Source: Octopus sinensis
Lineage: Eukaryota
Direction: 5' to 3'
Length of the DNA: 64,000 bases
Assembly (NCBI RefSeq): GCF_006345805.1
Contig: NC_043019.1
Coordinates: 4,525,360 to 4,589,359 of the forward strand
Numbering within the stretch: the first letter of the stretch is position 1; every line of letters starts with the position of its first letter. Shown piece by piece: positions 1-13,876 of this stretch. Position numbers and translations under genes: made by a program. Under the pieces are notes generated by a model, which made no database searches, was not told where the DNA came from, and saw only the letters and a list, made by a program, of their open reading frames with translations.

Positions 1-1095
1 TTGGGTATGGTTGCTGAAATTGTTTATATACCTTAAATTGGAGTTCTGTTTCTGATACAGTTCCTGTAGTCGAGTGTTCAAGTTACAGTTTACGTCTAAA
101 TAGTCAATGGAGTTATTTTCATTTTCTATAGTTAAAGAAAGACCAAATCTACTGGAAAACTTATGTAGGTGTTTCTTTGATAATTCCAGGCATCTATTTG
201 AGTGATTTCTAACTATAAAGTATGTGTTGTCCCTATACAAACCTCTTCTTAATTCTGGGAATTCCTTGTTTATGTTGTCTAAAAGATATATTCCTACTAA
301 GTCAGTCACTTACGCTGAATCTGACGAACCCATTGTGATATCAAATAGATTAGGGGTATCATTTCATGCCCATAGTTTGTTATCGAATCCGATGACAGTT
401 TTTTGGGGGCCATAAGTACAACATTTATTTCCCTTGTGCTTAAATTAGGGAATTTCTTGGCGAAAATAAGAGCACTGTTCAAAACAGTAGGATTGAAGAG
501 TAATAGTTTTGTACATCTATTTGTAAGAATTTCTGATTATTCTTATTTTGTATACTGGAGAATCAGTCTAGAGCACTTTGGGTGTTACAACGCCAGGTCA
601 TAGTGCTAGTGCATGCATATACAGCTGCATGCATGTGCACATACATGCGAGTACTGTCCAAATCTTCGACCAATCACATAGAGCTAGCTGGCATTCAATT
701 GGCGTATCAAGTTTCGGGCAATTTGATTTGGGTTTTGGATAGAAAATTCACAAAAAAGTCACTTCTATTGATTTTTTAATGGCTTTGTGGGGTGACTGGG
801 GAAATGTAAAGATGTGCACGACCACCCTTGGACGGTTTTGAATGACCATAGAAAGTGCGAGCCCTCCAACTGAACAATTGTAGATTTGTATAAAGGATAC
901 ACACACACAGACAGACATTTTGCCGTTTACATATATAGATATTACTTTACTTAGTTTACCTATGTCTGATTTATTAGGGCATATTAATCTAACTTGTGTT
1001 TTATTTAAGAAGTTATCCGTATGGTCCTTAATTGTAATACAGGGTCTGATTGGTGTAAATGGCTCTGTCTTATCATCTAAATAAAAATCCAACAT
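1..1095 (-). mobile_element. Degraded Penelope-like element, reverse-transcriptase region, interrupted by a Helitron-like insert
   Basis: Minus-strand translation gives TIKDHTDNFLNKTQVRLICPNKSDIGKLSK, KFLQIDVQNYYSSI, FDITMGSSDS, GLYRDN (catalytic DD changed to DN), IDYLDVN and YINNFSNH, with stops. Confidence 0.85.
588..939 (-). mobile_element. Non-autonomous Helitron-like element, 3'-truncated, same family as 62173-62872
   Basis: Minus 5' end A|TCTATATATGTAAACGGCAAAATGTCTGTCTG matches 62173; ends within the CTAGCACTATGACC terminal palindrome. Confidence 0.7.
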
Positions 1096-1150
1096 AATAT
1101 TCTTAGCTTCTAAATTGAATTTTTCCGTGTAAGTTTGGAGTTATACTCCC

Positions 1151-1182
<32 letters not shown>

Positions 1183-2459
1183 GGCGAAGGAGTGGGTGTG
1201 TGGTAAGTAGCTTGCTTACCAACTACACTACACCTTGGGCAAGTGTCTTCTACTATAGCCTTAGGCTGACCGAAGCCTTGTGAGTGGAAACTGAAAGAAG
1301 CTTGTCGTATATATGTGTGTGTGTGTGTATATATATTTGTGTGTCTGTGTTTGTCCCACCATCGCTTGACAACCAATGTTGGTGTGTTTACGTCCCCATA
1401 ATTTAGTGGTTTAACAGAAAGGAATGATAGAATAAGTCCTAGGGTCGATTTGCTCGACTAAAGGCAGTGCTCCAGCATGGCCACAGTCAAATGACTGAAA
1501 CAAGTAAAAGAATAATAGGTGCAAGCATGGTAAGTAGCTTGCTTACCAACCACATACTTCTAAGGTTCAGTCCCTCTTCGTGGCACCCAGGGCAAGTGTC
1601 TTCTACTATAGCCTTGGGCCAACCAAAGCCTTGTGAGTGAATTTGGTAGACGGAAACTGAAAGAAGCTTGTCGTATATATGTGTGTGTTTGTGTGTCTGT
1701 GTTTGTCCCCCCCCCACCATTGCTTGACAACCAATGCTGGTGTGTTTACACCCCCGTAACTTAGCAGTTTGGCAAAAGAGACTGATATAATAAGTACTAG
1801 GCTTACAAAGAATAAGTCCTGGGGTCAACTTGTTCGACTAAATGACAGAAACAAATAAAAGAATATAAAAACGTATATAATTGACAAAATTGGAGTCAGG
1901 AAGGGGGAGTACGGTTAGATGTTTTTTTTTATTATTTGCTGCAATTGTTTCGACACAACATAGTTCTCCAAGAATACAGGTATTTGATTATGCAACTGTT
2001 TATTTGCATAATAAGATCTAGTTGTGTTTCCTCAGGCGATATACAAGTGTTGCGACCATTAGTTTAAAATCTTTGATTTCAAGGTCATTCTCTTTGTTTG
2101 CTGTAGTTTGAAGTTGGTTGTGGCTGAAATCCTCATGGTTCAAGCTGTAAGAGCATGTTTGTATGGCCACTGTGGAATGTCATGTGTGGCATAGGCAAGC
2201 CTTTCAGTGGTATAATTATCTATTTGTTTGTATTTCAGGTTTGTCCTTCATGGCTGGCTGCACATGGGAATTTCCTACTCTGACTTTTAGTATTCATTGG
2301 TTAGATACGTACGGATATAGACAGACTCACGCATACATTCTCACACACAAACCTATTGATATATGCCCATACACACACACACACACTCTCACTCATATAT
2401 ACATACACATAGTTTCCCCCACACACTCTTATATAGATACTCAAATTTTAGAAACTGTA

Positions 2460-2738
2460 TATACATGCATACAAGCGGATGTATACTTGTGCATACACAC
2501 ATAAGTACACCAATCAACTATATACTTACACACTATATATATAATATATATTATATATAATATATATACATATAGATAGATAGATAGATAGATAGATAGA
2601 CAGATATATAGAGATATATGTATATATATATATATTATTTATATACGTATATATATTTATATGTATATATATATACGTATATATATACATATATATATAT
2701 ATATGTATAGATATATATATATGATATATATATATATG

Positions 2739-2782
<44 letters not shown>

Positions 2783-4250
2783 AATATATATATAATATAT
2801 GTATATAATATGTATGTATATATATGTATATGTATATATGTATATATATATAGTATATATAATATGTATATATATATATATAATGTATGTATATATTATA
2901 TGTATATATAATATATATATATATATATATGTACATATATATGTATGTTATATATATGTATATATATAATGTATATATATATATGACATATATATTATGG
3001 ATATATGATTATATAATAATATGTATATATAGGTATGTAATATATATGTATTATATAATGTAATATATCTATGTATATATATATATGTATATATATATGT
3101 ACATATATATGTATGTATATAATATGTATATATATGTACATATATATGTATGTATATATATATATGTATGTGTGTATATATATGTGTGTATATATATGTG
3201 TATATATATATCTGTTATATGTATGATATATATATATGTGTATATATATATTATATGATCTATATGTATATATATGTATATATATATATGTATATATATC
3301 TATTGTATATAGATGTATATATATATATATGTACATATTATATGTATATATATATATGTAATATATATATATGTACTATATAGTATGTATATATATCTAT
3401 ATATATATATATACAATATATGTATGTATATATATATTGTATATATATATGTACATATATATGTTATATATATATATATTATATATGTACATATTATGTA
3501 TATATATATATATATGTATGTATATATGTATATATATATATGTATAGTATGTACATATATATGTTATATATATATATGTATGTATATATTATATGTACAT
3601 ATATATATGATGTAATATATATATGTATGTATATAGTATGTATATATATATATGTTGTATTATATGTATGTATATATATAGTTGTATATATATCTGTATG
3701 TATATATGTATTTAATATATATATATGTTATATATGTATATATATGTATATATATGTATATATATATATAGTATATATATGTATATATATGTATATGTAT
3801 TATATGATATATATATGTATATTTATATATATGTAATATGTATATATGTATATGTATATATATATGTATATGTATATGTAATATATATGTATATATATAT
3901 TATATATATATGTATATGTAATATGTATATATATATTATATGTATATTATATGTATATATATATGATTTATATTATATATATATGTATATATATGTATAT
4001 AATATTGTATATATATATATGTATATAATATATATATATGTGTTGTATATATAATATATTGTATATATATTATCTGTATATATATATGTATATATATGTA
4101 TATATATATATGTATATATATATATGTTATGTGTATATATATATGTATATATATATATGTATATATATATATGTTATATTATATATGTATATATATATGT
4201 ATATATATTAATGTTCTATATATGTAATATATATGTATATATATTATATA

Positions 4251-4291
<41 letters not shown>

Positions 4292-4442
4292 GTATATATA
4301 GTATTGTATATATATATAATATATATATATATCTATATATATATATAATATATATATGTATATATATATAGTATATATATATATATGTATGTATATATAT
4401 ATGTATGTATATTATCTTATTTGTATATATATATATATATAT

Positions 4443-4473
<31 letters not shown>

Positions 4474-4478
4474 GTATG

Positions 4479-4533
<55 letters not shown>

Positions 4534-4790
4534 GGTATTATATATATATATATATTATATATATTGTATATATAAATGTGTATATAATATATAATATATA
4601 TATATATATCTATATATGTATATATATATATGTATATAGATATGTATATATATATATATATATATCTATGTATATATATATATGTATATATATTAGGTAG
4701 TATGTATATATATATATATATCTATATTATATATATATGTATATATATATATGTATATATAATATGTTAGATATATGTATTATATATATG

Positions 4791-4823
<33 letters not shown>

Positions 4824-4875
4824 GTATATATATATATGTATATATATATGTCATATATATGTATATATATATATG
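2460..4875. repeat. Degenerate (TA)n/(TATG)n microsatellite field
   Basis: About 2.4 kb of near-pure TA with interspersed G/C. Confidence 0.95.
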
Positions 4876-4972
4876 TACCGGATTAAACCATAAATGTGAA
4901 ACAAGGTGGAAAAAGAGTACTCAAATACCATGGTAGAGTAATATGCTTATTTTAAGCAGCAGAAAATTCAAC

Positions 4973-5019
4973 AAAATCTGTTACTCTGAGTTTCTCGTTG
5001 CCGTTCATCAGACAGTTTT
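4973..5019 (-). ncRNA. Minimal type-I hammerhead ribozyme (left PLE arm)
   Basis: Reverse complement of the 8251-8297 motif, with the same core. Confidence 0.75.
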
Positions 5020-8000
5020 TGCTAGAATGGAACTTATATATTAATTCAATCTATACTCTTACAACGCTACACCTTTAAAAAGAAATGGACTTGTTTGATT
5101 GGCCCTTTAGAAAAAACGGTCAATCTTCGAGCGATAAACAAAAAGGTCAAAATATATGTATATATATATAAAAAACTTATAAAAATTATAAAATCCGAGG
5201 AAAAACCGAGGAAAAAACCTATTGCCGTTATGAAGACAGTACAAATTAATGCATAGAAATTACCTGTTATAAATACTGCAATACATATTTATATTAAATC
5301 CACATATATATATCAACATACACAAAAGGATGCGCGTAAACGCCATACATATACAGAACAGACGTATGAATATGAATCTAATTATACACATAAAAGCATG
5401 TGTACATATATTCACGCAACCGTCTCGCACGCAAGCTAAAATTCATCTATGTAGCAATTCTCATATACTGAGCAAGGAGGGGGAACGAAAGAAAGGGAAA
5501 GAGAGAAAAGGAACGAAGGAGGGGTGGGGAAAAACTTGTAGCGATATTATTGGCATCTATAGAGGCCAGTATACATACACAAGTTTGAATTGATACATAT
5601 ACATACCGTCGTGTGTATGCGTGCTTAAGCACAAGCATACTTTCACTTACACATACACAGATACGCATGCTTACAAATACTATGCTTTGCTATACACAAA
5701 CTTATATAAACATTCTAAATTTGACAACATTGCTTTTAAAAAATGGTGCATTAATAAAAAATATATACGAAAGACATATAAATACAAAATAACATCCTAT
5801 TTTGGGTCTTTATAAATAATCAAGGTAATATAAATAATCAAGGTAATCCTATGCAATACAAAACATGAAAACAAAGTTTGTAGGTTTTTCCTAATATATA
5901 TGTAGAAACATAAGACTTTGCTATAGATCCGTCGTAGCGCTCAAGAGTCAAAATCAAAATCAAAAATCAAAATACAAATATATACTCTATCCATATGGTA
6001 TATTTATATTCGACATTTTAAATTTAGCCGCGTGCCTACATAAGTTCATTAACTCACTTCTTTGATTCAAGAATTATTGTCTTTGAATAATATGTGCATT
6101 TTCTCTAATAAGCAAAGCTTGCACTTGAAATTATATTTGTAAGCTCCATGCCTGTATGGTGCCGCCCTGTCCAAATGCTCCATGTCACGTTGAAAGGTGG
6201 GGCTTCCTTTTCTTTAGTTCCCAGACATATTTTGCTAGGCTGGTTTTCTTCCTATTCTCTGGTATTTAAAAGAATTCTTATGAGAATAAAATCTTGTTTT
6301 AAATGAATTTTCTGAAGCCCCTGTGTATGTCTTGTATTCCGATGAGCCTTCCACTTGCACCTTGGCTCTATAAACTACTCCTTTCACTAGACATTTCCCT
6401 TCTAACGGACAGGAGCTTTCGTTTTTGAAATTACATTTCTTAATGGGCTCGGCACCATGTCTAATCTCAATTAGCTTCCTATTGTGTTGGCTAATGTAAG
6501 AGGCGAAATTTCTGCAACAGAATAGCTAACCTTCAGGGTTCTTCTATTAATATTCTGTAGAATTTATGACCCTGCTTAAAATGCTTAGAGACTAATCTCA
6601 AAAATTCCTTACCTATATTAGTCTTTACGGCCAAATTGAAAGCCGGTTGAACCACAAAACTTCCTGGTCCTAGTTCTTCGTGGTGCAGCATTATTATTAG
6701 CATTAAGCTGGTTGAACTGGATCTTCTCCGAGAATCCACTATTCTTTAATGCGCTATCGTAATAAGGGGGCAGCATTATGGAATGCTGCCTCGTCCGAAG
6801 AAATTGAAGATATTCTTCTACCTACATTGCTGACTAAGTTGCTAAGGATAACTGGTGGATGGTTCGAATCTTTGCTAATATACGATAGCTTTTCATTGGG
6901 CTTACGGAAAGGTTTAAATCTATCCGATCTTACATTAAAATTTACGTCTAAAAAATCTACACTATTCAGGTTAGTATCTATCGTAATCCGTAAGCCCATC
7001 CTTTGAAAGAAAGCTCTAAATATGTCTGGGAACTAAAAGAAAAGGAAGCCCCACCTTTCAACGTGACATGGAGCATTCTGGACAGGGCGGCACCATACAG
7101 GCATGGAGCTTACAAATATAATTTCAAGTGCAAGCTTTGCTTATTAGAGAAAATGCACATATTATTCAAAGACAATAATTCTTTGAATCAAAGAAGTGAG
7201 TTAATGAACTTATGTAGGCACGCGGCTAATTTAAAATGTCGAATATAAATATACCATATGGATAGAGTATATATTTTTTTTTGATTTTTTTGATTTTGAT
7301 TTTGACTCTTGAGCGCTACGACGGATCTATAGCAAAGTCTTATTGTTTCTACATATATATTAGGAAAAACCTACAAACTTTGTTTTCATGTTATTGTATT
7401 GCATAAGATTACCTTGATTATTTATATTACCTTGATTATTTATAAATGACCCAAAATAGGACGTTATATTTTATTTTATATGTCTTTCGTATATATTTTT
7501 TATTAATGCACCCATTTTTTAAAAGCAATGTTGTCAAATTTAGAATGTTTATATAAGTTTGTGTATAGCAAAGCATATGTATTTGTAAGCATGCGTATCT
7601 GTGTATGTGTAAGTGAAAGTATGCTTGTGTTTAAGCACGCATACACACGACGGTATGTATATGTATCAATTCAAACTTGTGTATGTATACTGGCCTCTAT
7701 AGATGCCAATAATATCGCTACAAGTTTTTTTCCCACCCCTCCTTCGTTCTTTTTCTCTCTTTCCCTTTCTTTCGTTCCCCCTCCTTGCTCAGTATATGAG
7801 AATTGCTACATAGATGAATTTTAGCTTGCGTGCGAGACGGTTTGCGTGAATATATGTACACATGCTTTTATGTGTATAATTTAGATTCATATTCATACGT
7901 CTGTATATGTATGTATGGCGTTTACGCGCATCCTTTTGTGTATGTTGATATATATATGTGGATTTTAATATAAATATGTATTGCAGTATTTATAACAGGT

Positions 8001-8250
8001 TTAATTTCTATGCATTAATTTGTACTGTCTTCATTAACGGCAATAGGTTTTTTCCTCGGTTTTTTCCTCGGATTTTATAATTTTTATAAGTTTTTTATAT
8101 ATATATATACATATATTTTTGACCTTTTTGTTTATCGCTCGAAGTTTGACCGTTTTTTTCTAAAGGGCCAATCAAACAAGTCCATTTCTTTTAAAGGTGT
8201 AGCGTTTGTAAGAGTATAGATTGAATTAATATATAAGTTCCATTCTAGCA

Positions 8251-8297
8251 AAAACTGTCTGATGAACGGCAACGAGAAACTCAGAGTAACAGATTTT
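8251..8297 (+). ncRNA. Minimal type-I hammerhead ribozyme (right PLE arm)
   Basis: AAAACTGT-CTGATGA(8259-65)-ACGGCAACGA-GAAA(8276-79)-CTCAGAG-TA/ACAGATTTT; stem I CTGT/ACAG, near-palindromic stem III, GUA cleavage after 8288. Confidence 0.75.
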
Positions 8298-8323
8298 GTT
8301 GAATTTTCTGCTGCTTAAAATAA

Positions 8324-8428
8324 TTATATATATATTGTATATATTATATATGTATATATATATTGTATATATATATTATATAGTATATATATATGTATAT
8401 ATATATATGTATATATATATTGTATATA

Positions 8429-8466
<38 letters not shown>

Positions 8467-8599
8467 GTATATATATATATATGTGTATATAGTATATATA
8501 TATATATGTATATATTATATAATATTTATATATATATATATATATGTATATATTATATATATATATATATTATATATTATATATATATATGTATATATC

Positions 8600-8630
<31 letters not shown>

Positions 8631-8780
8631 ATGTATATATTATATATATAATGTATATATATATATGTATATATATATGTATATATATTATGTTATAATA
8701 TATTATATTATATATATGTATATATATAGATATGTTATATATATATATTATATATATTATATATATATGTATATAATATG

Positions 8781-8811
<31 letters not shown>

Positions 8812-8834
8812 GTATATATATATGTATATATATG

Positions 8835-8872
<38 letters not shown>

Positions 8873-8928
8873 ATATGTATATATATATGTGTATATTATA
8901 TGTATAATATATAGTATATATATATATG

Positions 8929-8979
<51 letters not shown>

Positions 8980-9153
8980 TGTATATATATATGTTATATA
9001 TATATGTATATATATATATATGTATATATATATGTGTATATATATATTTTATATATATGTGTATATATAGATGTATATATATGTATATATATATATGTTA
9101 TATATATATATTGTATATATATATGTGATATATATATATGTGTATATATATAT

Positions 9154-9186
<33 letters not shown>

Positions 9187-9197
9187 GTGTATATATA

Positions 9198-9241
<44 letters not shown>

Positions 9242-9290
9242 CTATTTTATATATAATATATGTGTGTGTGTATATATATATATATATTCT
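8324..9290. repeat. Degenerate (TA)n microsatellite field
   Basis: Direct reading; continues the field on the other side of the PLE. Confidence 0.95.
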
Positions 9291-9759
9291 TCATATACTA
9301 TATTTGACTGCACTGGGTCTAGAGATTGTGTGTGTGTGTGTGTATAGGTGCAGGTGTGGCTGTGTGGTAAGTAGCTTGCTTACCAACCACATGGTTCCGG
9401 TTTCAGTCCCACTGCATAGCACCTTGGGCAAGTGTCTTCTACTATAGTGTCATGCTGACCAAAGCTTTGTGAGTGGATTTGGTAGATGGAAACTAAAATA
9501 AGCCTCTCATATATATATATATATATACATATATGTGTCTGTTTTTGTGAGTGTGTGTTTATGTATCTGTGTTTGTTCCCTCCCATCGCTTGACAACCGA
9601 TGGTGGTGTGTTTATGTCCCCATAACTTAGCAGTTTGGCAAAAGAGACTGATTGTCTAGGTACTAGGCTTACAAGAATTAGCCCTGGGGTCGATATGATC
9701 GACTAAAGACGGTGCTCCAGCATGGCCGCAGTCAAATGACTGAAATAAAGGAGTAAATC

Positions 9760-9848
<89 letters not shown>

Positions 9849-9958
9849 TATATACATATATATACATATATATATATATCATATATAGATATATACATAT
9901 ATACATATATATATACATATATATATATACATATATATATATATAGATATATATATAC

Positions 9959-10020
<62 letters not shown>

Positions 10021-10023
<3 letters not shown>

Positions 10024-10420
10024 CGTAGGAGTGGCTGTGTGGTAAGTAGCTTGCTTACAAACCACATGGTTCTGGGTTCAGTCCCACTGCGTGGCACCTT
10101 AGGTAAATGTCTTCTACTATAGCCTCGGGCCGACCAAAGCCTTGTGAGTGGATTTGGTAGACAGAAACTGAATGAAGCCCGTCGTATATATATGTATATA
10201 TATATATGTGTGTGTGTGCATGTTTGTCTGTGTTTGTCCCCCCAACATCGCTTGACAACCGATGCTGGTGTGTTTACGACCCCATAACTTAGTGGTTCGG
10301 CAAAAAAGAGACCGATAAAATAAGTACCAGGCTTACAAAGAATAAGTCCTGGGGTCAATTTGATCGACTAAAGGCGGTGCTCCAGCATGGCCACAGTCAC
10401 ATGACTGAAACAATTAAAAG
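10021..10420 (+). mobile_element. tRNA-derived SINE family A (head ggcgcaggagtggctgtgtggtaagtagc); representative copy
   Basis: Homologous copies at about 1182, 1518, 9345, 20985, 22692, 51632, 58645, 59626 (+) and 29725-30155, 37795-38455, 40945-41335, 49490-49875, 63555-63938 (-). Confidence 0.85.
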
Positions 10421-10427
10421 AGTATAT

Positions 10428-10459
<32 letters not shown>

Positions 10460-10659
10460 CATACAGAGAGAGAAGGAGAGGCAGAGAGAAATTGGGATAT
10501 GAGCAGCCAGGCAAATATACTTATATATAGAGAGGGAGAGAAAACAAAGAAAGGACGAAGAGAAAGAATTCATCACTACAGACAGACACATCAGCAGGTT
10601 GGAAGAGGGAAAAATAAAGGATTATTGTTATTTCACAGTGTTTAATCTTGAGAATGCAT

Positions 10660-11000
10660 GTTTGGCATGGTAGGGACATCGCAGAATTTTTCTAGAATAC
10701 TTGTTTACTAATTTTTCCTTACTTAGCAGGATGCATAAGGCTTCCTCGAGGCAGAGGTCACATGTGCTGGATAGCATATTGCATGGGTATGCATATTATT
10801 GACCAGCCTGTTTTATATTTAATTTTCCATCTTTCAATTTCCATATTAGTTTTGCTAGTGAAGTTGCATGCTGTCTGTTTACCTTTCGGAATGATGAGAT
10901 ATAGTTTCAATAACAGACCTTAAATTGGTTTTCTGAGGCGCCTATGTATGCATATTTTTGTTGTGGTGACTGTGTACTTGTATATTATGTTTTTTTAGAC
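10660..11000 (-). mobile_element. Penelope-like GIY-YIG endonuclease fragment (different family from 4878-8323)
   Basis: Minus translation AYIGASENQFKVCY..SSFRKVNRQHATSLAKLIWKLK..TCDLCLEEALCIL..LVNK. Confidence 0.75.
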
Positions 11001-11151
11001 ACGTATTTCCATTGTCTGTGGATGTTGTTTGCTTGTTCATTTTCTTATTGTATTTATGTATTTAGTACTCCATGTTGTTAGATGTTGTGTATGATATTTT
11101 TACTGTATGCTTGTTGAATATACAAAGTATTTACGTGTTGCAGGGAAGCAC

Positions 11152-11566
11152 CCAAGGCTGGATTAAGACCCATCAAAGCCCTAGGCGCTTAAAAGATTTT
11201 GGTGCCCCTCTAAAAGATTATGTAATTCAAAATATAAACAATAACAAACCATAAAATAAATTTTTATTTCTCAAAACAAAATAAAACAGTAAAAGGGAAA
11301 ATAATGTTTCCCATTTTATTTATATTTGAAAAGTTTCCTCCTACTTTTTTGAATTCCAGAGTTTTTGATCAGATCCTCAAAATTAATCTTCTGTAACACA
11401 TCTGCATCTATACTTAGTAGAGATAAAAACATCCCAAATATTATTTTAGCAAGTTTAAAGTGATTTCTTTTGTGTCGTAGACCATTTACTATTTCTGTCG
11501 TGTCCCTTCCTTCCCTTGATGCCCTAAGCACGTGCTTATTTTGCTTAATGGTTAATCCAGCACTAG
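11152..11566 (-). mobile_element. hAT-derived non-autonomous DNA transposon
   Basis: TIRs ccaaggctggattaa / ttaatccagcactag; 7-bp duplication gaagcac (11145-51, 11566-72); internal LSLLSIDADVLQKINFEDLIK..KSRRK resembles the hAT C-terminal dimerisation region. Confidence 0.7.
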
Positions 11567-12628
11567 AAGCACTTATTTAATTCTGCAAGTAATTGCCTTC
11601 CTATTTTGGACGATATCTGTAATCCGAAAGTTGTACCATAGGACTTTTGAATTTTTGTATCTTTTGTTTGGTTCTCTCAGCCTATTTTCTGTGCCTGTTT
11701 TCCCATTATTCTTTAATCTTTTGTGCTATTTCTATTTTCCTCCCACTCTTTTGTTGTGTCTTTATTGTTATGTGTTTGTTGTTCTTTGTGTTTTGTGTAT
11801 ATTCTGCCTTATTTGTGTGTGCATTAGTGCTCTTTTGTGGTTGCATTAGGTGTGAACTCGAATTTTTTCTTTGTATCCGGCACTAGCTAGTGCTTCATTG
11901 TAGCATGGTGCATGCATGTTGAATATTTCCTCTGTGGCTGATAGTCGCGATATTCTGGTGACTATGTTCCTAATTATTGCTTTGGTTATGGATGGTGGAT
12001 GGTTGGACTTTACGTTTATGAATATATATATTTTATTTATGCACCCTTTTAAAGCCTAGCCAGCTCATGGGCCCGGTTTCCCAGTTTCAATGGTGTATGT
12101 GTTCCCCCCTGCTGGACGGGACGCCAGTCCATCGCAGCATTACTCAAGAAACAGGAAGAAATAGTGAGAGAAAGTTGGGGCGAAAGAGTACAACAGGGCT
12201 CGCCACCAGTCCCTGTCAGAGCCTCGTGGAACTTTTAGGTGTTTTTGCTCAATAAACACACACAACGCCCGGTCTGGGAATCAAAACAGCGATCCTCCGA
12301 CTGCGAGTCCACTGCCCTAACCACTGGGCCATTGCGCCTCCACATATATATCTTTTATTAAACTTTTAATACTTTTGATATTTAAAAAAAAAATTAATTA
12401 ATTAATTAATTAATAAATAAAATAATATATAAATATAAAAATATACATACATATATATATATATATTTGTATATATATATAAAATTTATAAGCTTAAATT
12501 ATTTAAATAACTTTTTATTTTTAACTTATATATTTTTAAATTAATTTTATGTATTGGCTTATGTTTTTCACTGATTGATTTGCCTAATAATGGTTTTATC
12601 TCTAATTGATATAATATAATATAATATA

Positions 12629-12683
<55 letters not shown>

Positions 12684-13876
12684 TATAATAATAATAATAA
12701 TATATATGTAGATTGATTGTCTATTTTGTTTTGTATAGACGGTAATTGCAAATGTCATTAACAAGTATTTATAAATTATGAATTGTCATTTGAATTAACG
12801 CTGAAGTGTATTTATATATTTTTCTGCTTTTCATTGGTCTGGCATTCGGTTAATTTCTTTCTATTGTAATTTAATTGTTTGCTCCTTTCTGGGCTATTGT
12901 AAAGGTCTTTATTATTTTTGTTAGAAGAACCCATTCATTCCAATAATGAATTCCTGAGGAAAAGCCTAATTTGTGAATTCAAAACTTGGAATGGAGTAAT
13001 GTCTACACTTCTATTTCCTTTCCTTATTATACTTTGTTTATTGTACCAATATTGAATTTATAGATTTTTACATATATTCTTTGCTTTGGATAGGACCAGC
13101 GGACTTGGATGCTTAACGTCCCTTTAAAGGATTTAGGTCCTTACTTCTGTGTGTGTGTGTGTGCAGGACAAACAACAAGACAGAATCTCTTTGAAGTAGC
13201 ATGGCAGAGAGACAGACAGACAGACAGAGAATATAGAGCAAATAGAGAATAGAGGAGACATAGAAAGAAAATCTTTGAGAGATGGTGTCTGGTTTTAGTT
13301 TCACTTTGTGGGACAAACAGACAGAATCTCTCTTTTATATATGTAGATTATTTATATTTATACATATAAATATTTATAATAAGTGTATATAAATATATTT
13401 ATATGACTCTATTGGTGATGATGCCCTGTAAAAAGGACTGGTGCTAGTGCTGCACCCAGTACATTCTGTGAAGTGGTTGGTGTTAGGAAGGGCATCCAGC
13501 TGTAGAGACCAAGTTGAAACAGCCGATAGAGCCTAGTGTGACTCCCAGCCTCGCAAGCTCTGGTCAAACTGTCCAGCCTATGCCAGTGTGGAAAACGGAC
13601 ATTAAATAATGATGATACGTGTGTGGCTATATCCCCCACCACTGCTTGACAACTGGTGTTGATGTGTTTATGGCAAAAGAGATCAATAAGATAAAGACCA
13701 GGCTTTAAATAAGTACGGAGTGGATTTGTTTAGCAAAAATTCAAGCTGGAGCCCCAGCATGGCCACAGTCTAATGACTGAAACAAGTAAAAGCAAAGATA
13801 AAAGATGAGCAAATAATTTCAAGAGGCTCGTGAATGATCCCTTGATCTTTGTAGATAGTAAAATCCTTTTACCAAA

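Larger units (their letters stand above)
4878..8323 (-). mobile_element. 5'-truncated Penelope-like element (RT thumb + C-terminal GIY-YIG endonuclease) with inverted pseudo-LTR arms
   Basis: Minus ORF remnants SVDFLDVNFN..FKPFRKPN..YISKDSNHPP and VKTNIGKEFL; endonuclease tail KYVWELK..CKLCLLEKMHI..LNQRSELMNLCRH; arms 4947-6232 and 7018-8323 are reverse complements. Confidence 0.92.

Noticed and set aside
321-345. CTGACGA core-like heptamer
   Set aside because: Antisense of PLE RT codons (MGSSDS); no GAAA or stems
2363-10065. Many Tyr/Ile-rich ORFs
   Set aside because: Translations of TA microsatellites
12840-13110. Possible further GIY-YIG remnants here and at about 1900-2300
   Set aside because: Too degraded to support by eye; needs a translated profile search
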